Shown here piece by piece: positions 12,040 through 27,430 of a stretch of 64,000 nt of DNA. The stretch's first letter is position 1. Every line of letters begins with the position of its first letter. This DNA is from Eledone cirrhosa. Lineage: Eukaryota. The stretch is from contig CAXHJY010000353.1 in NCBI GenBank assembly GCA_964016885.1, positions 1 to 64,000 of the forward strand, given 5' to 3'. A model generated the notes under the pieces. The model did not search any database. It had not been told where the DNA came from and saw only the letters and a program-made list of their open reading frames with translations. Both the position numbers and the translations under genes were made by a program.

Positions 12040-15000
12040 CACTAGCATCACCACCACCACCACCACAACCAGCCCTACCATCTCCACAACCACCACCTAC
12101 GCAAGCACCAACACCTCCAGCAATACAACCTCCACCACTATCACCACCAGCAGTACAACCTCCACCACTATCACCACCATCAGCACCAGCAGTACAACCA
12201 CCACCACCAACACCACCAGCAGTACAACCTCCACCACCAACACCACCAGCAGTACAACCTCCACCATCAACACCTCCAGCAAGACAACCTCCATCACCAA
12301 CACCCCCAGAAATATAACCTCCACCATCAACACCACCAGCAATACAACCTCCACCACCAACACCACCAGCAATACAACCACCACCACCAACACCACCAGA
12401 GGTACAACCTCCACCACAAACACCACCAGCAGTACAACCTCCACCACCAACACCACCAGCAGTAAGTACAACCTCCACCACCAACACCACCAGCAGTACA
12501 ACCTCCACCACCAACGCCACCAGCATTACGACCTCCGCCACCAACACCGCCAGCAGTACAACCTCCACCACCAACACCACCAGCAGTACAACCTCCACCA
12601 CCAACACCACCAGCAGTACAACCTCCACCACCAACACCACCAGCAGTACAACCTCCACCACCAACACCACCAGCCGTACAACCTCCACCACCAACACCTC
12701 CAGCAATACAACCTCCACCACCAACACCACCAGCAGTACAACCTCCACCACCAACACCACCAGCAGTACAACCTCCACCACCAACACCACCAGCCGTACA
12801 ACCTCCACCACCAACACCACCAGCAGTACAACCTCCACCACCAACACCACCAGCAATACAACCTCTACCAACACCACCAGCAGTACAACCACCACCAACA
12901 CCACCAGCCGTACAACCTACACCACCAACACCACCAGCCGTACAACCTCCACCACCAACACCACCAGCAGTACAACCTCCACCACCAACACCACCAGCAA
13001 TACAACCTCCACCAACACCACCAGCAGTACAACCACCACCAACACCACCAGCCGTACAACCTACACCACCAACACCACCAGCAGTACAACCACCACCACC
13101 AACACCACCAGCAGTACAGCCTCCACCACCAACACCACCAGCAGTACAACCTCCACCACCAACACCACCAGCAGTACAACCTCCACCAGCAGTATAACCT
13201 CCACCACCAACACCACCAGCAATACAACCTCCACCACCAACACCACCAGCAATACAACCTCCACCACCAACACCTCCAGCAATACAACCTCCACCACCAA
13301 CACCACCAGCCGTACAACCTCCACCACCAACACCACCAGCAATACAACCACCACCACCAACACCACCAGCAGTACAACCTCCACCACCAACACCTCCAGC
13401 AATACAACCTCCACCACCAACACCACCAGCAATACAACCTCCACCACCAACACCACCAGCAATACAACCTCCACCACCAACACCTCCAGCAATACAACCT
13501 CCACCACCAACACCACCAGCCGTACAACCTCCACCACCAACACCACCAGCAATACAACCACCACCACCAACACCACCAGCAGTACAACCACCACCAACAC
13601 CACCAGCAGTACAACCTCCACCACCAACACCACCAGCAGTACAACCTCCACCACCAACACCACCAGCAATACAACCTCCACCACCAACACCACCAGCAAT
13701 ACAACCTCCACCACCAACACCTCCAGCAATACAACCTCCACCACCAACACCACCAGCAATACAACCTCCACCACCAACACCTCCAGCAATACAACCTCCA
13801 CCACCAACACCACCAGCCGTACAACCTCCACCACCAACACCTCCAGCAATACAACCACCACCACCACCAACACCACCAGCAGTACAACCTCCACCACCAA
13901 CACCACCAGCAGTACAACCTCCACCACCAAAACCACCAGCAGTACAACCTCCACCACCAACACCACCAGCAGTACAACCTCCACCACCAACACCACCAGC
14001 AGTACAACCTCCACCACCAACACCACCAGCAGTACAACCTCCACCACCAACACCACCAGCAGTACAACCTACACCACCAACACCACCAGCAGTACAACCT
14101 CCACCACCAACGCCACCAGCAGTACAACCTACACCACCAACACCACCAGCAGTACAACCTCCACCACCAACACCACCAGCAGTACAACCTCCACCACCAA
14201 CACCACCAGCAGTACAACCACCACCACTAACACCACCAGCAGTACAACCTCCACCACCAACACCACCAGCAATACAACCTCCACCACCAACACCACCAGC
14301 AGTACAACCTCCACCACCAACACCACCAGCAGTACAACCTCCACCACCAACACCACCAGCAATACAACCTCCACCACCAACACCACCAGCTGTACAACCT
14401 CCACCACCAACACCACCAGCAATACAACCTCCACCACCAGCAATACAACCTCCACCACCAACACCACCAGCAGTACAACCACCACCACTAACACCACCAG
14501 CAGTACAACCTCCACCACCAACACCACCAGCAATACAACCTCCACCACCAACACCACCAGCAGTACAACCACCACCACTAACACCACCAGCAGTACAACC
14601 TCCACCACCAACACCACCAGCAGTACAACCTCCACCACCAACACCACCAGCAGTACAACCTCCACCACCAACACCACCAGCAATACAACCTCCACCACCA
14701 ACACCACCAGCTGTACAACCTCCACCACCAACACCACCAGCTGTACAACCTCCACCACCAACACCACCAGCAGTACAACCTCCACCACCAACACCACCAG
14801 CAGTACAACCTCCACCACCAACACCACCAGCAATACAACCTCCACCACCAACACCACCAGCAGTACAACCTCCACCACCAACGCCACCAGCAGTACAACC
14901 TCCACCACCAACACCACCAGCAGTACAACCTCCACCACCAACACCACCAGCAGTACAACCTCCACCACCAACACCACCAGCCGTACAACCTCCACCACCA

Positions 15001-18000
15001 ACACCACCAGCAGTACAACCTCCACCACCAACACCACCAGCAATACAACCTCCAACACCACCAGCAGTACAACCTCCACCACCAACACCACCAGCAATAC
15101 AACCTCCACCACCAACACCACCAGCAGTACAACCACCACCACTAACACCACCAGCAGTACAACCTCCACCACCAACACCACCAGCAGTACAACCTCCACC
15201 ACCAACACCACCAGCAGTACAACCTCCACCACCAACACCACCAGCTGTACAACCTCCACCACCAACACCACCAGCAGTACAACCTCCACCACTAACACCA
15301 CCAGCAGTACAACCTCCACCACCAACACCACCAGCAGTACAACCTACACCACCAACACCACCAGCAGTACAACCTCCACCACCAACACCACCAGCAATAC
15401 AACCTCCACCACCAACACCACCAGCAATACAACCTCCACCACCAACACCACCAGCAATACAACCTCCACCACCAACACCACCAGCAATACAACCTCCACC
15501 ACCAACACCACCAGCAATACAACCTCCACCACCAACACCACCAGCAGTACAACCTCCACCACCAACACCACCAGCAGTACAACCTCCACCACCAACACCA
15601 CCAGCAGTACAACCTCCACCACCAACACCACCAGCAATACAACCTCCACCACCAACACCACCAGCTGTACAACCTCCACCACCAACACCACCAGCTGTAC
15701 AACCTCCACCACCAACACCACCAGCAGTACAACCTCCACCACCAACACCACCAGCAGTACAACCTCCACCACCAACACCACCAGCAATACAACCTCCACC
15801 ACCAACACCACCAGCAGTACAACCTCCACCACCAACGCCACCAGCAGTACAACCTCCACCACCAACACCACCAGCAGTACAACCTCCACCACCAACACCA
15901 CCAGCAGTACAACCTCCACCACCAACACCACCAGCCGTACAACCTCCACCACCAACACCACCAGCAGTACAACCTCCACCACCAACACCACCAGCAATAC
16001 AACCTCCAACACCACCAGCAGTACAACCTCCACCACCAACACCACCAGCAATACAACCTCCACCACCAACACCACCAGCAGTACAACCTCCACCACCAAC
16101 ACCACCAGCAGTACAACCTCCACCACCAACACCACCAGCAGTACAACCTCCACCACCAACACCACCAGCAATACAACCTCCACCACCAACACCACCATCA
16201 GTACAACCACCACCACTAACACCACCAGCAGTACAACCTCCACCACCAACACCACCAGCAGTACAACCTCCACCACCAACACCACCAGCAGTACAACCTC
16301 CACCACCAACACCACCAGCTGTACAACCTCCACCACCAACACCACCAGCAGTACAACCTCCACCACTAACACCACCAGCAGTACAACCTCCACCACCAAC
16401 ACCACCAGCAGTACAACCTACACCACCAACACCACCAGCAGTACAACCTCCACCACCAACACCACCAGCAATACAACCTCCACCACCAACACCACCAGCA
16501 ATACAACCTCCACCACCAACACCACCAGCAATACAACCTCCACCACCAACACCACCAGCAATACAACCTCCACCACCAACACCACCAGCAATACAACCTC
16601 CACCACCAACACCACCAGCAGTACAACCTCCACCACCAACACCACCAGCAGTACAACCTCCACCACCAACACCACCAGCAGTACAACCTCCACCACCAAC
16701 ACCACCAGCAATACAACCTCCACCACCAACACCACCATCAGTACAACCACCACCACTAACACCACCAGCAGTACAACCTCCACCACCAACACCACCAGCA
16801 GTACAACCTCCACCACCAACACCACCAGCAGTACAACCTCCACCACCAACACCACCAGCTGTACAACCTCCACCACCAACACCACCAGCAGTACAACCTC
16901 CACCACTAACACCACCAGCAGTACAACCTCCACCACCAACACCACCAGCAGTACAACCTCCACCACCAACACCACCAGCAGTACAACCTACACCACCAAC
17001 ACCACCAGCAGTACAACCTCCACCACCAACACCACCAGCAATACAACCTCCACCACCAACACCACCAGCAATACAACCTCCACCACCAACACCAGCAGCA
17101 ATACAACCTCCACCACCAACACCACCAGCAATACAACCTCCACCACCAACACCACCAGCAATACAACCTCCACCACCAACACCACCAGCAGTACAACCTC
17201 CACCACCAACACCACCAGCAGTACAACCTCCACCACCAACACCACCAGCAGTACAACCTCCACCACCAACACCACCAGCAATACAACCTCCACCACCAAC
17301 ACCACCAGCTGTACAACCTCCACCACCAACACCACCAGCTGTACAACCTCCACCACCAACACCACCAGCAGTACAACCTCCACCACCAACACCACCAGCA
17401 GTACAACCTCCACCACCAATACCACCAGCAATACAACCTCCACCACCAACACCACCAGCAGTACAACCTCCACCACCAACGCCACCAGCAGTACAACCTC
17501 CACCACCAACACCACCAGCAGTACAACCTCCACCACCAACACCACCAGCAGTACAACCTCCACCACCAACACCACCAGCCGTACAACCTCCACCACCAAC
17601 ACCACCAGCAGTACAACCTCCACCACCAACACCACCAGCAATACAACCTCCAACACCACCAGCAGTACAACCTCCACCACCAACACCACCAGCAATACAA
17701 CCTCCACCACCAACACCACCAGCAGTACAACCTCCACCACCAACACCACCAGCAGTACAACCTCCACCACCAACACCACCAGCAGTACAACCTCCACCAC
17801 CAACACCACCAGCAATACAACCTCCACCACCAACACCACCATCAGTACAACCACCACCACTAACACCACCAGCAGTACAACCTCCACCACCAACACCACC
17901 AGCAGTACAACCTCCACCACCAACACCACCAGCAGTACAACCTCCACCACCAACACCACCAGCTGTACAACCTCCACCACCAACACCACCAGCAGTACAA

Positions 18001-20175
18001 CCTCCACCACTAACACCACCAGCAGTACAACCTCCACCACCAACACCACCAGCAGTACAACCTACACCACCAACACCACCAGCAGTACAACCTCCACCAC
18101 CAACACCACCAGCAATACAACCTCCACCACCAACACCACCAGCAATACAACCTCCACCACCAACACCACCAGCAATACAACCTCCACCACCAACACCACC
18201 AGCAATACAACCTCCACCACCAACACCACCAGCAATACAACCTCCACCACCAACACCACCAGCAGTACAACCTCCACCACCAACACCACCAGCAGTACAA
18301 CCTCCACCACCAACACCACCAGCAGTACAACCTCCACCACCAACACCACCAGCAATACAACCTCCACCACCAACACCACCAGCAGTACAACCTCCACCAC
18401 CAACACCACCAGCAGTACAACCTCCACCACCAACACCACCAGCAATACAACCTCCACCACCAACACCACCAGCAATACAACCACCACCACCAACACCACC
18501 AGCAATACAATCTCCACCACCAACACCACCAGCAATACAACCTCCACCACCAACACCACCAGCAGTACAACCTCCACCACCAACACCACCAGCCGTACAA
18601 CCTCCACCACCAACACCACCAGCAATACAACCACCACCACCAACACCACCAGCAATACAACCTCCACCACCAACACCACCAGCAGTACAACCTCCACCAC
18701 TAACACCACCAGCAATACAATCTCCACCACCAACACCACCAGCAATACAACCTCCACCACCAACACCACCAGCAATACAACCTCCACCACCAACACCACC
18801 AGCAATACAACCTCCACCACCAACACCACCAGCCGTACAACCTCCACCACCAGCAATACAACCACCACCACCAACACCACCAGCAATACAACCTCCACCA
18901 CCAACACCACCAGCAGTACAACCTCCACCACCAACACCACCAGCAGTACAACCTCCACCACCAACACCACCAGCAGTACAACCTCCACCACCAACACCAC
19001 CAGCAGTACAACCTCCACCACCAACACCACCAGCAGTACAACCTCCACCACCAACACCACCAGTAGTGCAACCTCCACCACCAACACCACCAGCAGTACA
19101 ACCTCCACCACCAACACCACCAGCAGTACAACCTCCACCACCAACACCACCAGCAGTACAACCTCCACCACCAACACCACCAGCAGTACAACCTCCACCA
19201 CCAACACCACCAGCAGTACAACCACCACCACCAACACCGTCAGCAATACAACCACCACCACCAACACCACCAGCAGTACAACCTCCACCACCAACACCAC
19301 CAGCAGTACAACCTCCACCACCAACACCGTCAGCAATACAACCACCACCACCAACACCACCAGCAGTACAAACTCCACCACCAACACCACCAGCCGTACA
19401 ACCTCCACCACCAACACCATCAGCAATACAACCACCACCACCACCAACACCACCAGCAGTACAACCTCCACCACCAACACCGTCAGCAATACAACCACCA
19501 CCACCAACACCACCAGCAGTACAAACTCCACCACCAACACCACCAGCAGTACAACCTCCACCACCAACACCGTCAGCAATACAACCACCACCACCAACAC
19601 CACCAGCAGTACAAACTCCACCACCAACACCACCAGCCGTACAACCTCCACCACCAACACCACCAGCAGTACAACCTCCACCACCAACACCGTCAGCAAT
19701 ACAACCACCACCACCAACACCACCAGCAGTACAAACTCCACCACCAACACCACCAGCCGTACAACCTCCACCACCAACACCATCAGCAATACAACCACCA
19801 CCACCACCAACACCACCAGCAGTACAACCTCCACCACCAACACCGTCAGCAATACAACCACCACCACCAACACCACCAGCAGTACAAACTCCACCACCAA
19901 CACCACCAGCCGTACAACCTCCACCACCAACACCATCAGCAATACAACCACCACCACCACCAACACCACCAGCAGTACAACCTCCACCACCAACACCACC
20001 AGCAGTACAACCTCCACCACCAACACCGTCAGCAATACAACCACCACCACCAACACCACCAGCAGTACAAACTCCACCACCAACACCACCAGCCGTACAA
20101 CCTCCACCACCAACACCATCAGCAATACAACCACCACCACCACCAACACCACCAGTAGTGCAACCTCCACCACAA
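12040..20175. repeat. 30-bp minisatellite (ccaccaccaacaccaccagcagtacaacct)n, ~270 units, with higher-order repeats
   Basis: Direct periodicity. The marker cctacacc recurs at ~15343, 16417, 16987 and 18061 (1074/570/1074 spacing). Confidence 0.97.
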
Positions 20176-20314
20176 CCACCACAACAACAACAAAAGTAAA
20201 AACATTGCCAGCAACATCAACAATAACAATACAACAGAAACAAAACAACAACAACAACAACAAGGCCAGCCCTAACAGTATCATTACCTTTAACAACAGT
20301 AAGAACGATTTCAG

Positions 20315-20540
20315 ATTTAGGGACAATGTCAACAATTTTGTCAGGGAAGAAAATGTCGATTTGGGACGTAGGCAAGTCTATTAAATCGACCCCCGTGCAT
20401 TACTGGTACTTCATTTGATCGACCCCGTATGGATGAAAGGCAAAGCTAATCTCAGTTGGATCTGAACTCAGAACGTAAAGGTTTGAAAATCTATACCCAC
20501 AAATATGTTGTCCATCGCTCTACCGATTATTGCCATTCCA
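20315..20540 (-). mobile_element. SINE family A, diverged
   Basis: Contains tactggtacttcatttgatcgaccccgtatggatgaaaggcaaag. Confidence 0.7.
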
Positions 20541-21139
20541 CGGTCTAGTAACAACATAACCAAGATCAACAGTCCCAACAACAACAACAACAACAACATC
20601 ATTAACATTAACAACACCCAACCAACAGCAGGAACAGTAGTGGTGGTGGAAAGGATATTTGTGATGGTGATAATGGCGAATATGATGATGATGGCGATGA
20701 TGATGATGATCATAATGATGGTGATGACGACGATGATGATGATGATATTATTGACGACGACGAAGATGATGATGACAAGTTCAACTGTGGCAGACGGTCA
20801 CCGATGATTGATTGCTTTGGATAGAGAGATTTAATAAAATAGAAAAAATATGTTGTTGATATGTCAACTAGATTGACTTAATAATCAGGTCCATAGACTG
20901 ACTGAAGCAGTTTCATTTCATTTAAGATGACCTTCACCCTTCGACATCTAACAAAATGTTGCCAATATCAGACATGGTGGGGTGTACGGAGTTTGGTAGC
21001 ACCACAAACCAAGGGCGCCAGCTGGAATGGCTCTTCCAGTGAGTCTCCATCACCACCCTCCAAGGAAATACCTTCTCTATTCTGTCCGCCGGAGCCGCCG
21101 GGTAGCCAGCCTTCTCTATTCTGTCCGCCGAGAACGCTA

Positions 21140-21640
21140 AGAGACGTAACTCTTTGACACAAAGCATGTTGTCTGACGCTCTACCGATACTGCCAATCCA
21201 GCACCCTCGTAATAATAATAATAATTGTTTCTACTTTCGGCACAAGGCCAGCAATTACGCAGTACATTACTGGTACTTTATTTTATCGACCCCGTAAGGA
21301 TGAAAGGCAAAGTTAACATCGGAAGAATTTGAACTCAGATCGTAAAGGGACATAACTATGCTAGAAAGCATGGCGTCCATCCCTCTACCGATACTGCCAA
21401 TTCACCGCCCTGGTAATAATAATAATAATATTTTCTACTGTAAGTACAAGGCCAGCAATGTTTGAAGCGGAGGCGAAATTCGATTAAACCGACCCCAGTA
21501 CATTACTGGTGCTTTATTTTATCGACCCCATCAGGATAAAAGGCAAAGCTAACCTCGGCGGGATTCGAACTAAGAATGTAAAGGGACTTAAAAATATTCA
21601 ATAAAACATGTTGTCCGACGCTCTAATGATTACAATCCAC
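21140..21640 (-). mobile_element. Cluster of three SINE family A copies or fragments
   Basis: Repeated family A core and (aat)n tails. Confidence 0.8.
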
Positions 21641-21778
21641 CGATTTTAAAATAGAAGAATAAACATAAGAAGGGTTTTGAAGATGAAGGGGAGAATGGCA
21701 TGGTGGTGGAGTAGGACGGGCGACAATCAATGTACAATAATCAGTGTTAATGGCATCAATAAGATAGATTTCTATATA

Positions 21779-22312
21779 GAGGGTGGTCGAAAAAGATGTA
21801 TCTATTTTTGATAACGTAGCATTTTCTATTGAAAGGAAAACTTTACATTTTTTTTTCATAGACCTGTCTTACAGACATGTGAGTTTTGTGTGGTGTAAGT
21901 TTTTTCGTCGCATACCACCATTTTGCGAGCACAACTCAATAGTTTATAATGTGCTCGATCCAAACTCCTTGGCGCTGAATCACTGTGGCTACTCGAAGTT
22001 TGTAATGACCCTGTCCAACATGTCATGGGGAATTCTCCTGATCTCTGTTCGAATGTTATTCTTGAGCGCATCAATAGTTTGGGGATTGTTAGCATAGACC
22101 CTGTTTTTAGGTATCCCCACAGAAAATAATCTAAAGGGGATAGGTCTGGAGAATGTGCAGGCCAAGTGTGGTCCGTACGACGGGAGATGAGTCTGTCTTC
22201 AGGGAAGTATTCGAGTGAAGCATTGGAGCAATGCGGTGTTGCTCTATCCTGGGTTAATTTTATGAGAAATGATAGCGAAAATAAAATGGATACATCTTTT
22301 TGGACCACCCTG
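21779..22312 (-). mobile_element. Internally deleted Tc1/mariner-superfamily transposon
   Basis: TIRs gagggtggtcgaaaaagatgtatc / gatacatctttttggaccaccctg with TA TSD. Minus strand encodes QDRATPH...WPAHSPDLSPLDYFLWGYLK (catalytic C-terminus), then frameshifts. Confidence 0.9.
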
Positions 22313-22379
22313 TATTTGTCTCCGTCTTTTAGACATCAATTTGTGTGGAGTAAGGAAAACTAAATAAAACCGAAATAAC

Positions 22380-22790
22380 AATGGTTTCTGATTTAGGTAC
22401 AAGGCCAGCACTTTCGGGCGATGGTGAAGTCGATTAAATCGACCCCAGTGTATTACTGGTGCTTTATTTTATCGACCCCGTAAGAATGAAAAGCAAAGTT
22501 AACCTCGGCCAGATTTGAACTCAGAACGTAAAGGGCCGTAACTATGCTGTTAAGCATAGTGTCCGAGGATCTACCCATACAGCCAAATAATGATTTCTAC
22601 TATAAGCACAAGGCCAGCAATTTTGGGGGCGGGGAAATTTGATTAAATTGACCCCAGTGCATGACTGATACTTTATTTTATCGACCCTGTAAGGATGAAA
22701 GGCAAAGCTAACCTCGGCGGGATTTGAACTAAGAACGTAAAGGGCCATAACTGTGCTGCTAAGCATAGTGTCCTAGGCTCTACCGATAAG
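22380..22790 (-). mobile_element. Two tandem SINE family A copies
   Basis: Family A core present twice, followed by (aaaat)n at 22798-22856. Confidence 0.8.
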
Positions 22791-23290
22791 CTAAATAATA
22801 AAAAATAAAATAAAATAAAATAAAATAAAATAAAATAAAATAAAATAAAATAAAAAATATAGATAAATTACAAACAATTGTATTTTCACACCAACAAGAG
22901 TTATCAGGAAGAAAAAAAGTCAATCACATTATTTGTCTCCTGATATTGTTTTGGTTGCTGACACCAAAAAGGCAGTAATTTCTCTTCAAATTATTCGTTG
23001 CCAAGTTACGACATAAAGCGAGCGAAATAAACGCTGAAAAGCAGTTACAGCAAATAACACCAAGTACGTTGATTAAATGCTTCTTCTCTTCCCTAGAATG
23101 CTAGACACTTCGGAACCATACTGTTTTCTTGTCAATTGTTGGCACCCTCCAGTTAACAGTGTAGAAGTGTGTAAGCTTGTGTAATTGTGAGTATGCGTGA
23201 GTTTAAGTGTGTGAAAAGTTGTGGGCGAGAATTTGCCCATATGGGCGCATTTATATATATATAACTATCTATCTCTATCCCTCTCACCCC

Positions 23291-23327
<37 letters not shown>

Positions 23328-23789
23328 ATACGCACACATATATTGATATGTTGTTTAAAATAAGTCACATAAAATAGATAATAGATCAAATCATATCTAC
23401 CACCCCGTCACCTCGTCTCTCTCTATTTATATATATATATTTATAATGTTGCAAAATGCGATCTCCAGCTACAACACAGCTCCGACAGCCCAAAGCCAGC
23501 AGCTGGGTAACCACAAGCCTGCTCAGCTAGACGACTTAGTTAGAACGGAAGAAGACCTACCAGGATGGCTCATTTCATCATCATTTCATTTTACGTCCGC
23601 TTTTCCCTGCTTGCAAGAATGGGACTGGAACTGATTCTGGCTTGATTTCTACAGCTGGATACCCTTCCTAACACCAACCTCATTTACAATGAGTGCTGGG
23701 TGCTTTTTTTCCGTGGCGCCTACACGTTCACTTTACTGTGTGGGCTGTGTGCCTTTTTGCCGTGGCACCTCCACGACCACTTTGCAGTG

Positions 23790-24332
23790 GAATGATATGG
23801 CCCCCAGTCCTATCATCTCATTTCTACAGCTGAGTAAACTGGAGCAATGGGAAATAAAGTGTCTTGCTCAAGGAAACAACACATCACCCGGTCTGTGAAT
23901 TGAACTCACAACCTTTCGATTGCAAGGCCAATGCTCTAACCACTAAGCTATATGCCTCCATGGATGTCCCGTGTAATGTTCTTAGCCACCCGGGTTTACG
24001 CCAACTGTTTTTATCGCCCCACCAACCTCATACCCCTCCTTCAATCAGTTATTCGAATCTATGATACATATCGACAGTCGATCAACAAGATCCCAAACCT
24101 CATTCGCTTTAACGAATGGGGTGGCGCTCGTCAAATTGGACCTAGTATACAATGTTTCCATTGGTCTTTTCAATTGCTAATACTATTTGTCGGTCGCAAA
24201 TCCAGGAAAAAGAAGCAACGTGAAATAAAGTGTCTTGCTCAAGGACATAACGCATAACCCGGTCTGGGAATCGAAATCACACCCTCACGATTGCGAATCC
24301 AATTCCCTAACCACTCAGCCACACGTCTTCAC
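23790..24332 (-). mobile_element. Two SINE family B-related copies
   Basis: gaaataaagtgtcttgctcaagga at ~23851 and ~24222, each followed by a reverse-complement tRNA-like head. Confidence 0.7.
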
Positions 24333-25050
24333 ATAACTACTACACAATTACTTTGAAGAATGTCTGAAGTAGCCTAACACATCGGAGTCTTTGCTCTATA
24401 CATTGCAAGCTTGAAATAATACCAACGATGACTCCCTAATACGAAGTTTTCAGTAAAGATATAAATGAAAGCTATCATCTACAAATGGTACAACATGACC
24501 AAATATCGTCAATCATATTTTAAATGCTACAAATCCAGAATCCTTTAAAAAATAAATGTGAGGAGAAATGCAAATTTTCCTTCGGATTTCATATTTGTAT
24601 AATATGCTGATAAATGGAACTTTAACATAATTCTCAATCAAGCCAATATAACTACTCGAGTATTAGAATTGTTAATCGACTTAATGGAGTTTTTGGAATT
24701 AATATAGTAAATAGGTCTTGCAACATAATTCCAACATTGACGTCTATGCTTTATAGGAAAATGAAATCTCTTTCTCTCAAATATATATATATATACATAT
24801 ATTTCGTTTCTGAATTTGTTTAGCAAGATTCTTTATCTGAAAACGTGTGTTGAAACCGATATTGTTATACTTTTGGAGGGTCATGTTCCCAATAAGAAAC
24901 ACACAATATATAAACAATCATCTGGTTGTGGAACCAACCAACCAACCGGAAATTTATAAATTCCTAAATTTATAAATTTATTATAATAAATTGAAGTGAA
25001 AGCAACTGGTGCGTGTGTTTCTTATTGGCAACATGACCCTCCCAAAGTAT

Positions 25051-25098
<48 letters not shown>

Positions 25099-25542
25099 AT
25101 AATAAATAAGAAGACTAAAATCCGAAGAGGGATCGATAAGGGTTATATATATAAAAATAAGGGCGAAAGCAGCGATTCTTTGTTTAAACTTCAATCTGTT
25201 ATTTTTATAAATATATATATATATATATATATATGTTCACAGTTATGTGAATAAAAAGTTTGCTTTTCAACCAGGAATGGATCCAGTATGTTCTACTGGT
25301 TAAGGAATTCACTTCATCATCATCAAGAATTTGCACATATCGATGCCCCCTGTATCTCTCTCTCTACAGGGCTTACACTCGGTCTCCTTGAATTACCTGT
25401 TACCTTTTAACGCAGACGTAATCACGCTTGCATGAGCTCACATATAAAAATAACTGAGCGTACGCACACACACAAAAACACACAAGGAAAACCACAGACG
25501 CACACACAACCATATCTATCTATCACGCTTTCTTCCGATGTC

Positions 25543-25588
<46 letters not shown>

Positions 25589-26499
25589 TATTTGTATGTG
25601 TGTATATATATATATATATCTGACGTAGGGGTATTGTCTCGCGCGTGTATGTCTCAGTCTGATTCAATAGCTGCACACAGGATTTTGTGAAGAAGGAGAA
25701 GTGATGAGAATGTAGGAGAGATAACCGCAAAATGAAAACCATAAACAAGGAAAAAGCGATGCAATATCATGAAAAAATATTAAAAACAATCAAAAGAAAG
25801 CCAACAAAATCTCTATAAAATGGCGAAATAAAGCCCATCCTTCATCTCTTTCTCTTTTTCTGCCGCCATTATCCTTCTATTACACCACCACGACAGTAGA
25901 GAAATCTTCAAGTATTTATATAATTAAGACCCTATAAATAGCAGTCAGTATAGAATATCTCGAATGAAAACATGTAATGATTGTGTAGAGCAGTGAAACC
26001 GCATGTCAACCATTTGACAACTGCTCACTAACTGATAGTACTTCGGAGACCACGTTAAACAACATTCAAACAACTGTTTATGAATATCAGAACATCGGAA
26101 CGTCAGAATATGCGAATATTAGAATATTTTTCTACAGAGTCGATATTGATCATCATATAATAAACATTTGCCAACATTGAATTCTCAGGTGTCTACCGTT
26201 TATTTTTTGACAATCATCTTCTTCTTTTTTTTTTTTTTTTTTTTTTTCATATTTAAGAAAACAGAAAATAAGAAAACAAAAAAACTTTATATGATCTCCA
26301 CCATTTTAAATTTATATTTATATTTTACGTGTAGTTTTGAAATAAACGAAGCCCACACCACTTCCCACAATTCTCTTTTTATTTTGTGTTCCACTTCAAA
26401 CTTTATACATTTCAATCCAACAGCCACATCAACAACAACAACATTAACAGAATCCACAACAACATTGGCGGCGGCGGCGACTAAACAACAACAACAACA

Positions 26500-26535
<36 letters not shown>

Positions 26536-26769
26536 GCTACTGCTGCTACCGTTGTTGCAGCTGAAGCAAAAGTATCTCCACTATGGATCTCCGTCGATCG
26601 ATTTCAACAGTGAATACTCCAGCTGTTTCATCAATGGAACATCCCGCTCATGTAATGGTGTCTGAGCATTCCACACTTCTGTTTGACATTAACGTAATTC
26701 TACTCAGGCAGATTCAGACTGAAAAAGCATGAGATGAAGCTGACCTTTTGAATTACATATACAGTCCAT

Positions 26770-26937
26770 CTTACGGGCTTCTAAAGAGTTCCGTCTACCA
26801 AGTTCACTGACAAGTCATGGACCGACCCGACGTTATGGAACCATAAATCACTCTAGCCCCAAATGTTACATAGTGGGATGGAATCCGAGACTCAATGATG
26901 GCGAAGTGAACTCCTTAACCATTCGGCTATACCGCAG
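26770..26937 (-). mobile_element. Diverged tRNA-derived SINE of another family
   Basis: Reverse-complement tRNA-like head (gcggtatagccgaatggttaag...ctcggattccatccc). Confidence 0.45.
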
Positions 26938-27381
26938 CCATTCCTGGTTGAAAAGCAAACATTTTATTCAAACAACATTATATATATATATACATATATT
27001 TGAATTTGTTTTGCAAGATTTCTTATCTGAAAACGTGTGTTGAAACAGATATTGTTATACTTTGGGAGAGTCATGTTGTCAATATAAAACACACGCACCT
27101 ATTTGAATTTCACTTCAATCTATTTGAAATTTCCGGTTGGTTGGTTTCGATAACCAGATGGTGTTTATATATTGTCAAAGCCCTTTCGTCACACATTGTG
27201 ACCTCCTCAGTGACTAGGCTTTTATTTTGTGTCTCTTTGTTCTGTCCTACACCAACTTTGACAATATATAAACAACCATCTGGTTATCCAACCAACCAAC
27301 CAACCGGTAATTTATAATAAATTGAAGTGAAAACCAACAGGTGCGTGTGTTTTTTATTGACAGCATGACCCTTCCAAAGTA

Positions 27382-27430
<49 letters not shown>

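Noticed and set aside
11984-20335. Minus-strand VVLVVEVVLL and WWCWWWRLYC ORFs
   Set aside because: They are antisense readings of the 30-bp array.
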